Positions 7,912-18,200 of a stretch of 64,000 nt of DNA are shown piece by piece; position 1 is the stretch's first letter, and the number at the start of each line of letters is the position of its first letter. Source of the stretch: an uncultured Bacteroidales bacterium (GTDB taxonomy: Bacteria > Bacteroidota > Bacteroidia > Bacteroidales > FEN-979); the NCBI GenBank assembly GCA_903824935.1, contig CAIJYT010000281.1, positions 1,755 through 65,754 on the forward strand. Reading direction: 5' to 3'. The notes under the pieces are model-generated. The model was not told where the DNA came from. It made no database searches and saw nothing but the letters and a program-made list of their open reading frames with translations. The translations under genes and the position numbers were made by a program.

Positions 7912-10900
7912 ATGGACGACGAAAACATTCTGATCGGTAAACTGAACGAGTTTACCAGGAAATATTACAAGAACAAAATCATCAGGGGAGTACTGATCAG
8001 CCTGGGTATATTGCTATCGCTTTACCTGGCTGAGATTTTACTTGAATATTTCAGCTATTTTCCTTCCCTGGCCAGGATCTTCCTTCTTTATTTATACCTC
8101 CTGGTCGCACTGGTTTGTCTTGGCCTTTTAATCGTTTCTCCTTTATTGAAATACCTTCGGATAGGCAAAACCATCAGCCGGGAGCAGGTGGCTGACATCA
8201 TCGGAAAACATTTTTCAGAAATAGGCGACAAGCTGCTCAATACACTGCAGCTGATAGAGCAGAAAGGTGACAAGCCCGAAAACATCGACCTGTTGCTGGC
8301 CAGCATAGAACAGAGAATCAAGGCGATAAGGCCTGTGCCTTTTACTAACATCATCCACCTTAAAACCAATTTAAGGTATTTGAAATTTGTCGTGCCTCCT
8401 CTGCTTCTCCTGGTACTTTTGCTTTTCCTGGCTCCTGCCATGATCTCAGATCCTACACTCAGGCTTATTCAGTACAACAGGAAATTTGATCCTCCAGCCC
8501 TGTTCAGGATCGTTATCCTGAATAAGGAGCTTAAAACCATGCAGCAGGATGATTTTACGCTTAAGATCGAGATCAGGGGAAATTCTGTGCCTGACGAAAT
8601 TTTTGTTAAAACCGGAATTTCAACATTCCCTATGAAACGGGAAAACAGGACGAACTATTCTTTTGTTTTTAGAGCCTTGCAGAGCGATTTCAGGTTTACT
8701 CTTCTTGCAGATGATAAAGAAACAGGTGAATACGTTATTTCGGTTTTTCCTAAACCGATAATATTGAATTTCGAGGCAAGGCTTGACTATCCTGTATATA
8801 CCGGGAAACCTTCAGAGATCTTGAATAATATCGGTGATTTCATTATTCCTGAAGGGACTACGGTTACTTGGAATGTCTACACCAGGGATGTTTCTTCGGT
8901 AAAATTCAGAATGCTTTCTGAAATAACCAGCCTGGAAAATAAAAATTCTAATGTTTTCATGTGGTCAAAAAGGATAATGGAATCGGTCAATTACTCGATT
9001 TTCCAGGAAAACGCATATTTCAATGCATCAGATTCCCTGAAGTACTCCATCACGGTTATTAAGGACGCATATCCGGAGATATCATTAAAAGAAACTGAGG
9101 ATACTGCTGATACGAAAAAAATGTTTTTCCAGGGTGTTATTAAAGATGACTACGGGTTTACAAGGTTGTTGTTTAATCTGACAAGAAAGAAGGAGAATGA
9201 TACGATAAACGAACTGATGAAATCTGAGGAGCTCAGTATTGATAAAAGAAATCCTTCACAGGTATACTTTTATTCCACAGATCTTTCGGCTATTGATATG
9301 GAACCTGGTGATAAGTATTATTATTATTTCGAGGTTTGGGATAACGATGGGATCAAAGGACCAAAGGCCTCAAGGACAACTCCCCTGTCGTTTGAAATTC
9401 CTTCCCTGGACAAACTTGCCGAAGCTTCTGATAAAAATTCAGAAAATATTGAAAGGGAACTAAACAAGAGCATTAATGATGCTAAGAATGTAAATAAAGC
9501 TATTGATGAGATTAACAGGAGGATGATAGATCAGAATGATGTGTCGTGGAAAGAAAAAAAGAAACTGGAGGATGTGATTAAGGGGAATGAGAATATTATC
9601 AAGCAGGTAGAAAATTTCAAGGAAAAGAATCAACAGAATATTAAGAATGGTGAACAGTATCTTGAGACGAGTGAAAGGATATTGGAGAAGCAGAGAAAAC
9701 TTAATGAGCTGGCAAACCAGCTGCTTACCGAGGAAATGAAAAAGACAATTCAGGAATTGAGGGATCTGCTTAACCATATGGATAAGACCAAGTTGAATGA
9801 GCTGCTACCCAAGATGAAGGAGATGAGCAAAAACCTGGAGCAGGATCTTGATCGTAATTTACAGTTATTCAAACAAATAGAGTTTGACAGAAAGCTGGAT
9901 TACAATATTACACAGCTTATGAAACTATCGGAGCTGCAAAAGAATATTTCAGAGAAAACGGCAGATAAGAGAAAAGCAGACGACCAGCTGAGCATGGAGC
10001 AAAAAGACATTAAGGAAAAGTATGATTCTCTGCAGAAAAACCTGGAGCAGTTACAAAAAGAGAGCAAGGAGTTGGAAAATCCACCGGATTTAACAAGCAC
10101 TGAGGACACCAGGAAATCGATTGACGAAAAGCTGTCAAAGAGTCAGGACCAGATGAAGTCTGATAAAATGAAGGATGCTTCAAAGAGCCAGAAGGAAGCA
10201 GCAGAGGAGATGGATGCTCTTGCCCAGAAACTTGGTGAGTTGCAGAGTGAATCAGAAGAAGAGACACAGGGAGAGGATGCGAATACTTTAAAATTGCTCT
10301 TGCAGGATTTAAATAAGCTATCATTCCAGCAGGAGGATCTCATTTACCGAACAATGAATATAAGCAGGAATGATCCTAAATTTCTCGGGCTTATAGACGA
10401 CCAGAAACTTATTAAAGACAAATTCAAAACAATTCAAGATACCCTTGAAAGAATTGCGAAGAGGGAAGTGATGATCAAAGGTATAATAATGAAGGAAGTT
10501 AATGCAATAAACAGCAACCTTGATATTTCACAAAAAAGTTTGACAGACAGGCTTACCCCTGCTGCCATGACAAGACAACAATATGCAATGACGGGAATGA
10601 ATAACCTTGCCTTGTTGTTGGATGAGGCATTGAAGCAGATGAAAGATGACATGGATAACGGGAAGACAGGTGGGAAGCAAAGTACTTGTAAGAAGCCAGG
10701 TAAGCCCGGGGGCAAGAAAAAGATGAATTCGATGACCAAGATGCAGGAAGAGTTGAATAAAAGTCTGGAAAAAATGAAGCAGGGAATGAATAAATCAAAA
10801 GACGGGAAGGGCCAGACGCGCGGTGAAGAGGATGCTGCGAATAAGGAAATAGCGCGGCTTGCTGCTCAGCAGGAAAGGATAAGAGAGGCTTTGCAGGAAT

Positions 10901-10995
10901 ATGAGAATGGCCTCAAGGAACAGGGAGTTAACGATAAGGGGAACATGAATACCGTTATAGAGAGGACATGGAAAAGAATGAAAGAGATATTCTGA
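7912..10995 (+). CDS. large membrane-anchored coiled-coil protein (DUF4175-like), 5' part of a frameshift-split gene
   Basis: ATG at 7912 (the ORF track starts at GTG 7903). N-terminal TM segments and a long K/E/Q-rich coiled-coil C-terminal half. It ends at TGA 10993-10995, but another frame continues (see 10968-11264). Confidence 0.7.
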   Translation: MDDENILIGKLNEFTRKYYKNKIIRGVLISLGILLSLYLAEILLEYFSYFPSLARIFLLYLYLLVALVCLGLLIVSPLLKYLRIGKTISREQVADIIGKHFSEIGDKLLNTLQLIEQKGDKPENIDLLLASIEQRIKAIRPVPFTNIIHLKTNLRYLKFVVPPLLLLVLLLFLAPAMISDPTLRLIQYNRKFDPPALFRIVILNKELKTMQQDDFTLKIEIRGNSVPDEIFVKTGISTFPMKRENRTNYSFVFRALQSDFRFTLLADDKETGEYVISVFPKPIILNFEARLDYPVYTGKPSEILNNIGDFIIPEGTTVTWNVYTRDVSSVKFRMLSEITSLENKNSNVFMWSKRIMESVNYSIFQENAYFNASDSLKYSITVIKDAYPEISLKETEDTADTKKMFFQGVIKDDYGFTRLLFNLTRKKENDTINELMKSEELSIDKRNPSQVYFYSTDLSAIDMEPGDKYYYYFEVWDNDGIKGPKASRTTPLSFEIPSLDKLAEASDKNSENIERELNKSINDAKNVNKAIDEINRRMIDQNDVSWKEKKKLEDVIKGNENIIKQVENFKEKNQQNIKNGEQYLETSERILEKQRKLNELANQLLTEEMKKTIQELRDLLNHMDKTKLNELLPKMKEMSKNLEQDLDRNLQLFKQIEFDRKLDYNITQLMKLSELQKNISEKTADKRKADDQLSMEQKDIKEKYDSLQKNLEQLQKESKELENPPDLTSTEDTRKSIDEKLSKSQDQMKSDKMKDASKSQKEAAEEMDALAQKLGELQSESEEETQGEDANTLKLLLQDLNKLSFQQEDLIYRTMNISRNDPKFLGLIDDQKLIKDKFKTIQDTLERIAKREVMIKGIIMKEVNAINSNLDISQKSLTDRLTPAAMTRQQYAMTGMNNLALLLDEALKQMKDDMDNGKTGGKQSTCKKPGKPGGKKKMNSMTKMQEELNKSLEKMKQGMNKSKDGKGQTRGEEDAANKEIARLAAQQERIREALQEYENGLKEQGVNDKGNMNTVIERTWKRMKEIF

Positions 10996-11264
10996 ATAAA
11001 CGTATTAGCCAGGAGACTTTGAACAGGCAGCAAAAAATACTTACAAGAATGCTTGAATCGGAAAAAGCAGAGGAAAAGAGAGATAAAGAAGAGAAACGTG
11101 AATCAACGGAAGCAAAAAATCAAAAATTGAGTAACCCTTCAGCAAATTTTGAGTATAAGAAGAATAACGCTGCAGGGAAAGAAATACTTAACTTTACTCC
11201 TGCTCCGGTAAATTTTTATTATAAAAGCAAAGCATCAGAGTACATCATTAAGATAGGGAAATAA
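10968..11264 (+). CDS. 3' part of the same DUF4175-like gene (frameshift-split)
   Basis: This frame is open from 10938. MEKNERDILNKRISQETLNRQQKILTRMLESEKAEE continues the coiled-coil protein. Removing one AG from the (AG)3 run at 10959-10964 fuses both parts. Confidence 0.6.
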   Translation: MEKNERDILNKRISQETLNRQQKILTRMLESEKAEEKRDKEEKRESTEAKNQKLSNPSANFEYKKNNAAGKEILNFTPAPVNFYYKSKASEYIIKIGK

Positions 11265-11265
11265 T

Positions 11266-11754
11266 ATGAAAAAAGACTACAGGGAGATTTCCGTTAAAGG
11301 GAAAGGAGAATTGCACAAGCTTGAAAAATTCGTTGAAGAGATTTGTGATTTTCACAACATAAATAACGAATATTTCGGAAATATACTTCTTGCTGCTACC
11401 GAGGCTGCTAGCATCCTTATATCTGTTTCTGGTACAGGTGATTTTTCTGACCTTGCTATAACATTTGAGAAAACGGTAAAAGGATTCACGTTCAAACTGA
11501 AATTTAACAATCAGGAAAATTTTAATGAACAGGAAAACTTTCTTGAGCAGGAGATACGGAAGCATAAACTGGCACGTGAGATTTATATAGTTAAAGCCCT
11601 TGCCGATGAGGTTACTATTTCTGTTAAAGGCGAATCAATCGTCCTTACGTTTTATGTTTCGAGCATGAATTATGAAAAATCCTTGACCCGGATCAATAAG
11701 CTTAAAGAATATTGGGTAAAAAAGACGAGCGCAGTAAATAAGGGAAATGAATAA
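11266..11754 (+). CDS. small cytoplasmic protein, tentatively HATPase/anti-sigma-kinase-like ATP-binding protein
   Basis: 162 aa. It starts 1 nt after the upstream stop (TAATATG) and overlaps ybeY by 8 nt. The product call is a weak recollection of a conserved Bacteroidota neighbour of ybeY. Confidence 0.45.
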   Translation: MKKDYREISVKGKGELHKLEKFVEEICDFHNINNEYFGNILLAATEAASILISVSGTGDFSDLAITFEKTVKGFTFKLKFNNQENFNEQENFLEQEIRKHKLAREIYIVKALADEVTISVKGESIVLTFYVSSMNYEKSLTRINKLKEYWVKKTSAVNKGNE

Positions 11755-12178
11755 AGCAATTCATTTTTTTAATAATAAGGTTAAGTACACTGTTCAAGAC
11801 AGGGCTGTTCTGGTTCATTGGATAACAGGGATCATTAAAGACAGAAGCAAGATCCCTGGGGATATAAATTTTATCATTACAAATGATAAAACCCTTCTGG
11901 AGATAAATTTAAAATATTTAAATACAGATACTTACACTGATATAATCACTTTTACTCTCTCAGAAGAAGAAGGAATTATCAGCGGAGATGTATATATAAG
12001 TATAGAAAGAATAAAAGAGAATGCAAAGATATACAATGTGGAGCTTGTGGAGGAATTCAGGAGGATTGTAATTCATGGAGTTTTACATTTGCTGGGGTAT
12101 AATGATGCATCAGCTAGTGAAAAGCGGCAAATGACTCGTTTAGAGAATAAGTATTTACTGTCATACCCGCGAAAGTAA
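11747..12178 (+). CDS. ybeY: rRNA maturation endoribonuclease YbeY
   Basis: 143 aa. Zinc-binding motif region HGVLHLLGYND. Confidence 0.85.
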   Translation: MNKAIHFFNNKVKYTVQDRAVLVHWITGIIKDRSKIPGDINFIITNDKTLLEINLKYLNTDTYTDIITFTLSEEEGIISGDVYISIERIKENAKIYNVELVEEFRRIVIHGVLHLLGYNDASASEKRQMTRLENKYLLSYPRK

Positions 12179-12197
12179 GGATAATGGAACCTGGATT

Positions 12198-12236
12198 TCG
12201 CGTTGAGATGTTTTGTAATCCAACGCGATTTTCTAT
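12198..12236 (+). terminator. possible rho-independent terminator after ybeY
   Basis: TCGCGTTG / CAACGCGA 8-bp GC-rich stem (15-nt loop) followed by TTTTCTATTT. Confidence 0.45.
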
Positions 12237-12335
12237 TTAATGAAGGAGCTTATTAAGAGAAGAAATCTTAATTGGGGATTTGCGCAAAATAGAAGTTGAT
12301 TAAGCAGAATAATAAGTACAATGCAATACTGAAAT

Positions 12336-12351
12336 TGTTCCACGTGAAACA
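12336..12351 (+). other. parS (ParB/Spo0J binding site), perfect consensus
   Basis: TGTTCCACGTGAAACA is identical to the 16-bp parS consensus TGTTNCACGTGAAACA. It lies about 45 bp upstream of the mnmG ATG. Confidence 0.85.
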
Positions 12352-12396
12352 AATTTGATCAAAGCAATTTCTGAAGGACAAAAGACGGGAAACAAA

Positions 12397-14277
12397 ATGT
12401 CGAGTTCTAAAGTAAAATATGATGTTATAGTCGTTGGAGGAGGTCATGCAGGATGTGAGGCTGCAGCCGCAGCTGCTAACATGGGATCCAGCGTGTTGCT
12501 GATAAGCATGAACATGACAAACCTCGCGCAGATGTCATGTAATCCATCAATCGGGGGAATTGCAAAGGGACAAATAGTAAGGGAGATTGATGCTATGGGC
12601 GGATATACCGGAATTGTTGCAGATAACACCATGTTACAGTTCAGGATGCTTAACCTCTCAAAAGGACCGGCAATGTGGAGCCCGAGAGCACAAAATGACA
12701 GGGTTTTATTCTCAGTGGAGTGGAGGAATGTTTTAGAAAAAATAAAGAACCTTGATTTTTGGCAGGACATGGTTTTTAGGATTATAGTTAAAGGACAAAA
12801 AGCTATAGGCGTAGAGACACAGTTAGGATTGGAATTTTTTGGTAGAACTATTGTACTTTCAAATGGAACTTTTCTTAACGGAATTATACATATTGGTACA
12901 AAACAGTTTTCTGGTGGTAGAATAGGGGAGAGACCTTCAAGAAATTTAACTGAAAACCTTAATGAACTTGGGATCGAATCAAACAGAATGAAAACAGGAA
13001 CGCCTGTGAGAGCTGATGGAAGATCTCTTGATTTTGAAAAAATGGTGGAACAAAAGGGCGATGAGAAACCAGAAAAATTTTCTTTTACAAAAACAAAAAA
13101 GCTTGAGAAACAGAGAAGCTGTTTCCTTACATATACTAACCCCGAAGTACACGATATTTTAAAAGAAGGGTTTGAAAGGTCTCCTCTTTTTACAGGTAGG
13201 ATCAAAGGTCGGGGCCCGCGATATTGTCCTTCTATTGAAGACAAGATCGAAAGGTTTGTAACTAAGGATAAGCACCAGTTGTTTATAGAGCCTGAAGGGT
13301 GGGATACTATTGAATATTATGTGAATGGATTCTCCTCTTCTTTACCGGAGGATATTCAGTTCAGGGCGCTACGAAAGGTCCCGGGTTTTAAAAATGCAAA
13401 ATTTTTCAGACCTGGATATGCCATAGAATATGACTATTTCCCGCCATCTCAGCTAAACTTTAACTTGGAAACTAAGACTATCGAAAACCTTTTTTTTGCT
13501 GGTCAAATTAATGGGACTACAGGTTATGAGGAGGCAGCAGCACAAGGTCTGATGGCTGGAATAAACGCTCATTTGAAAGTGAACAAAAAACCAGGATTTG
13601 TTTTAAAAAGATCAGAGGCTTATATTGGTGTGCTTATCGACGATCTTATCACGAAAGGAACAGATGAACCATACAGGATGTTTACTTCAAGGGCAGAATA
13701 CAGGACCTTATTACGACAAGATAATGCGGATTTCAGACTGACTGAAAAATCCTGCGATTTAGGCCTGGCAAGCAATGAAAGGTTAGAAAAGGTAAGAAAA
13801 AAATACGATTCGATTTACAGGATTCAGAAGGAACTGAAAAAAAAATCGATTTCCCCTGAAGATATAAATCCATTTCTGAAGGAAAGAGGCTTATCGGTGG
13901 TAAGGCAAAAGAACAGGATAGGGGCAATTGTTCAAAGACCCCAGGTAAAGCTTCTCGATCTTTATAATAAAGTACCAAGGATAAGGGAACTGATTGATGC
14001 AACGGGTGAGGTGGATTGCGAAGAAATATTAGAAGCTGAATTATTGATAAAATACAGCTCATATATTGATAAGGAGAAAGAGGTAGCCGATAAATTGGGC
14101 AGATTTGAAGATTATAGCATACCTGTTAAAATTGATTACCATGCAATAACCTCTTTGTCATCTGAGGCACGAGAGAAGCTTTCAAAGATAAGACCGGATA
14201 CAATTGGTCAGGCTTCCAGAATTAGTGGAGTGTCCCCGTCGGATATTTCTGTGCTTATTGTTTTTTTGGGTAAATAG
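12397..14277 (+). CDS. mnmG: tRNA uridine 5-carboxymethylaminomethyl modification enzyme MnmG (GidA)
   Basis: FAD-binding N-terminus YDVIVVGGGHAGCEAA and conserved GPRYCPSIEDK block. The probable start is ATG 12397 (the ORF track begins at TTG 12355). Confidence 0.95.
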   Translation: MSSSKVKYDVIVVGGGHAGCEAAAAAANMGSSVLLISMNMTNLAQMSCNPSIGGIAKGQIVREIDAMGGYTGIVADNTMLQFRMLNLSKGPAMWSPRAQNDRVLFSVEWRNVLEKIKNLDFWQDMVFRIIVKGQKAIGVETQLGLEFFGRTIVLSNGTFLNGIIHIGTKQFSGGRIGERPSRNLTENLNELGIESNRMKTGTPVRADGRSLDFEKMVEQKGDEKPEKFSFTKTKKLEKQRSCFLTYTNPEVHDILKEGFERSPLFTGRIKGRGPRYCPSIEDKIERFVTKDKHQLFIEPEGWDTIEYYVNGFSSSLPEDIQFRALRKVPGFKNAKFFRPGYAIEYDYFPPSQLNFNLETKTIENLFFAGQINGTTGYEEAAAQGLMAGINAHLKVNKKPGFVLKRSEAYIGVLIDDLITKGTDEPYRMFTSRAEYRTLLRQDNADFRLTEKSCDLGLASNERLEKVRKKYDSIYRIQKELKKKSISPEDINPFLKERGLSVVRQKNRIGAIVQRPQVKLLDLYNKVPRIRELIDATGEVDCEEILEAELLIKYSSYIDKEKEVADKLGRFEDYSIPVKIDYHAITSLSSEAREKLSKIRPDTIGQASRISGVSPSDISVLIVFLGK

Positions 14278-14281
14278 AATT

Positions 14282-14297
14282 TGTTTCACGTGGAACA
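14282..14297 (-). other. parS (ParB/Spo0J binding site), perfect consensus, inverted relative to the first copy
   Basis: TGTTTCACGTGGAACA is the reverse complement of the 12336-12351 site. Identity extends to 19 bp (14279-14297 vs 12336-12354). It starts 4 nt after the mnmG stop. Confidence 0.85.
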
Positions 14298-14303
14298 TTG
14301 CTA

Positions 14304-15185
14304 ATGGAACTATTGAAAAATTGTCCGGCATGTAAGTCCGGGTCCATAAAATCCTTTTTTAAAAGCAGGGATTATTTCCTTTCAAAAGAAGAATTCCTGG
14401 TAGAGGAATGCAATGAGTGCGGGCTGAGGTTTACAAATCCAAGACCAGGTTTTAGTGAGATCCTTAAATATTATGATTCGGCTGATTACATCTCTCATGA
14501 TTCAAGCAGGAAAGGATTGCTAACCTGGATTTATACCAATGCCCGTAATTACATGCTGAATAAAAAGTTCAATATTGTTTCGGCTTGTTCTAAAGGGAAA
14601 CATATCCTGGATATAGGTTGTGGAACAGGGGAGTTCCTGAATATTTGTAAATCCAGGGGATTTGAATCATACGGTGTGGAGCTCAATGAAAAGCCCAGGG
14701 AAGCAGCAATTCAAAATTACGGGCTTGAAATTAAGAAATCCCTGGACGATTATTTACTTGAGGATGCAAAATTCGACTGTATAACACTATGGCATGTTTT
14801 AGAGCATATTCATGATCTGGGCAATACCATGCATATGGTCAAACAGCTGTTGAAGCCCGAGGGCTCTTTGATAATCGCCTTACCAAATTCAAGTTCATGG
14901 GATGCGGTCCACTATGGTCAATTTTGGGCAGCCTATGATCTTCCCCGTCACCTTTATCATTTTAATAAATCCTCATTCGCAAAATTCGCTGGAATTCATA
15001 AATTGAAAATCATAAAGATTCTTCCACAGGTACTCGACTCGTTTTACATTTCATTACTGAGTGAAAAATACAGGACAGGGAAAAATAATTTTCTGAAAGC
15101 TTTCCTTAACGGAGCAATCTCAAATTTCTATGCAAGGAAACAGGGAAATGCTTATTCCAGCCTCATCTATATTCTGCATGCCTGA
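14304..15185 (+). CDS. class I SAM-dependent methyltransferase with N-terminal zinc-ribbon
   Basis: CPACKS...CNECG Cys pairs and SAM motif I ILDIGCGTGEF. The probable ATG is at 14304. Confidence 0.75.
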   Translation: MELLKNCPACKSGSIKSFFKSRDYFLSKEEFLVEECNECGLRFTNPRPGFSEILKYYDSADYISHDSSRKGLLTWIYTNARNYMLNKKFNIVSACSKGKHILDIGCGTGEFLNICKSRGFESYGVELNEKPREAAIQNYGLEIKKSLDDYLLEDAKFDCITLWHVLEHIHDLGNTMHMVKQLLKPEGSLIIALPNSSSWDAVHYGQFWAAYDLPRHLYHFNKSSFAKFAGIHKLKIIKILPQVLDSFYISLLSEKYRTGKNNFLKAFLNGAISNFYARKQGNAYSSLIYILHA

Positions 15186-15274
15186 ATTCCTTAATTTTAG
15201 GCTCACCAGTAAGCGATTAACCCAGGTGGGGCATTATCCTGACCAAAATAAAATAATGGTTTATAAGCGGCCAA

Positions 15275-18200
15275 ATGAAGTTTTCCTCATCAAATAGAAA
15301 ATCAATCAATTACGCCATTTTAGCCATCTTTTCAGGTTTTTTCTTCCTGTCGTGTCTGATCTTTCTTGAATTCATTCTAAAAACAACAAATCAAGCAGAA
15401 CAGGTTTTAAATAGAGTTGAAAACGTACTTCATAAGAAAGAGAAGCAAGCAATAAAAACATTAAATATAGTTATATATGATATTTGTCAGAATCAAAAAA
15501 CCCCAATCACAAATTTAAATTCAGGGCTGTTTTCTGAAATAAGAAAAAACGAAATAACTGTTCAATGCTATTTTGGAGATAGCCTGACGTATTGGTCAGA
15601 TAACAAGGTTGAGGAATTGAATATTTCCCAACTTGCAAAGAATGAAAGTATTTGCAAATTATCTAATGGCTGGTATGACATCCTCGTTTTAAACCGGGGA
15701 AATGTAAAAGCGGCAGCACTTATCCTTCTTAAGCAGGAATATTCCTTTGAGAACGATTTTCTGGAAAATTCATTCCAGGAGGATTTTAATGTACCCGGCA
15801 ATATCTCAATCACACTGAAGTCTTCTGGGAATATGGTACATAACCTTTCGGGGAATCCCTTGTTTTCATTTGACTTTACAGGGTTTGCACAATCATATGA
15901 AGGGTATTCCGCTTTGTTTTGCCTGTTTCTCATGTTGTCATTCCTTTCGTTCTGCCTGGCACTGTATTTTGGCTATAACGCAATCGATTGGTTAAAGGAC
16001 AAACCATGGCTTTTTGTTGCCTTCTTTACCACTGATGTTATTGTACTGCGCCTCTTGCAAGCATTTTTCAGATTCCCTTCAGCAGTGCATTCCACGGCCT
16101 TATTCTCACCCCTTTATTATTCCTCGTCAATAATTTTGCCTTCAGCCGGGGATTATTTATTCAATAGCCTGATACTGCTTTTAACCGCTTTTATTGCGCA
16201 TAAAAAATTGTTCAGGGAAAAATCCGTTTCCGGCAAAAGGGTTTTGCCCGAGAATCTGCAGGGCTGGATTGCTTCGGCATTCATTTTCTCAATATATATA
16301 TTACTTTGCCTCGGAATCGATGACCTTTTCAGAAATTCTTCCTTTTCACTTGACCTTAAAGATATTTCCAGGATAGGAATTCAGAGCATTATAGGTTTGT
16401 TGATCGTTTACTGCCTTTCACAATCATTCTTCCTGTTGTCAAGGACAGCCGGATCATACACTCTTTACTGCGGTACGTACACAAAAATTCTTTTCATTGC
16501 TGTGATAACTGCTGGAGTGTTTTTTACTGACCTGTTATGGTGGGATGGAATTACATCTCTGTTTCTTGCAGTACTTTTTGCTGCATACCTCTCCCTTGAG
16601 TTCTTTGTTCATGGGGAACAAGCAAAAAGCAGTCCGTTTGCAAATTTTATTTTACCCCTTGTATGGATAGCGATTCTGGTAACTTTAATTTTCAATACTG
16701 AGGGATTTTCAAAGGAAAAGGAAAAGCGCAAACTGATCGCCTTAAGGTTGGCAAGCGAAAAAAATCCGGTAACGGAATTGCTGTACAACAAGCTTGAACG
16801 CAGATTGCTGAACGACTCCTCGATTCTTGCCATGAGCAGGAATACCAATGCCATGAAGGAAGAAGACCTGGTAAAAAAGATCAGATCAGAATATATCAGG
16901 GATTTCTGGAACAGGTTCACGGTGCAGGTAACGGTTTGTACTCCTGGAAAAATGTTAAAGATCCAGCCAAGGGGGTATGTATTTAATTGTGAACAGTACT
17001 TCCGGCAGGTTTGTGATAAAATGGGAGAAAAAACTACAAATCCCGGCCTTTATTATCTTGATTACGGAAATGGAATAGAGACTTATCTTGGAATCATTGC
17101 ACCAGGCGATTCTGCTGAAGACCCAAAGACCAGAGGGTTTAAAATCTATATGGAATTCACAGCCAAAACGCCGGCTAAGGACATGGGATATCCCGAACTG
17201 CTGATAGACCGGAGGATCATGAATATCCCCGACCTGAGCAATTATTCCTATGCACTATATCAGAACGGTTCTCTGGTATATAAAACAGGGAAATATTCCT
17301 ATTCACTTGGGTTAAACAGCCCAATCCTTTCGGCAGGTAATTCCTCGTTTACTGCATCAGACGGTATGAGCCATTACAGGTATAACCTCAACAGATCAAG
17401 GGTTCTTATAATAAGTAAAAAAGAAGACAGTTTCCTTGCGGTGATATCACCTGCTTCGTACCTGTTCATTTTGTTTTCTTTCCTGACCCTGTTTCTGAAC
17501 CTGCTTTTCAGGCCTGGTATTTTCAGGGAATTCTCTTTTATGAGCCTGAAGAACCGATTCCAGATTGCTAACGTCGGTATAATTGTGATTTCTTTTCTTA
17601 TCCTCGGATGTCTTCTGCTGTATTTTCTGACACGCCTCAACAATATCAAGAACATGGATTCTTTTAATGAACGGACCCTGTCGGTCATGTCTGAGATGCA
17701 GGATAAATTCGGGGAGAAGGAAAAACTAGATCCATCAGATAATCCTTTATTAGAGGAAGATTTGCAGCAGTTGTCGGAAATGTTTTACACGGATGTCAAT
17801 GTGTATTCTGCCAGCGGGAGACTGATCCTGTCGAGCCGCCCGCAGGTATTTGACGAGGGGCTGATCTCCGACAGGATGAACATCACTGCATTTACTGATC
17901 TCAAAAGGTATAAGCAATCGGCATTTTTCCAGGACGAGAAGATAGGTTCGTATGATTATATTTCGGCATATTTTCCATTGCTGAACGACAAGAACGAATT
18001 ACTCGCATATGTAAACCTGCCCTTTTTCTCACGTCAGGAGGACCTGAAGAAGGAGATCAATGATTTTCTTGTGGCTTTTATGAACCTCTACATTTTATTC
18101 ATCCTGATCAGTGTTTTTGTATCCTTTGCCATTTCAAGATACCTGAGTGCACCCCTGGGGATATTGGTCAGCAGGATGGAAGGATTCAGGCTCGGGAAAC

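Noticed and set aside
9400-10950. An extremely K/E/Q/N-rich, low-complexity stretch that might be a repeat element or foreign insert.
   Set aside because: It sits in one continuous reading frame with a heptad-like coiled-coil character. I see no nucleotide-level tandem repeat or flanking direct repeats.
12179-12396. The 218-bp gap upstream of mnmG as the replication origin itself, given parS and gidA.
   Set aside because: I could not find a cluster of DnaA boxes (TTATCCACA / TGTGGATAA) or an obvious AT-rich unwinding element. The gap holds a terminator-like hairpin and one parS. It is origin-proximal but probably not oriC.
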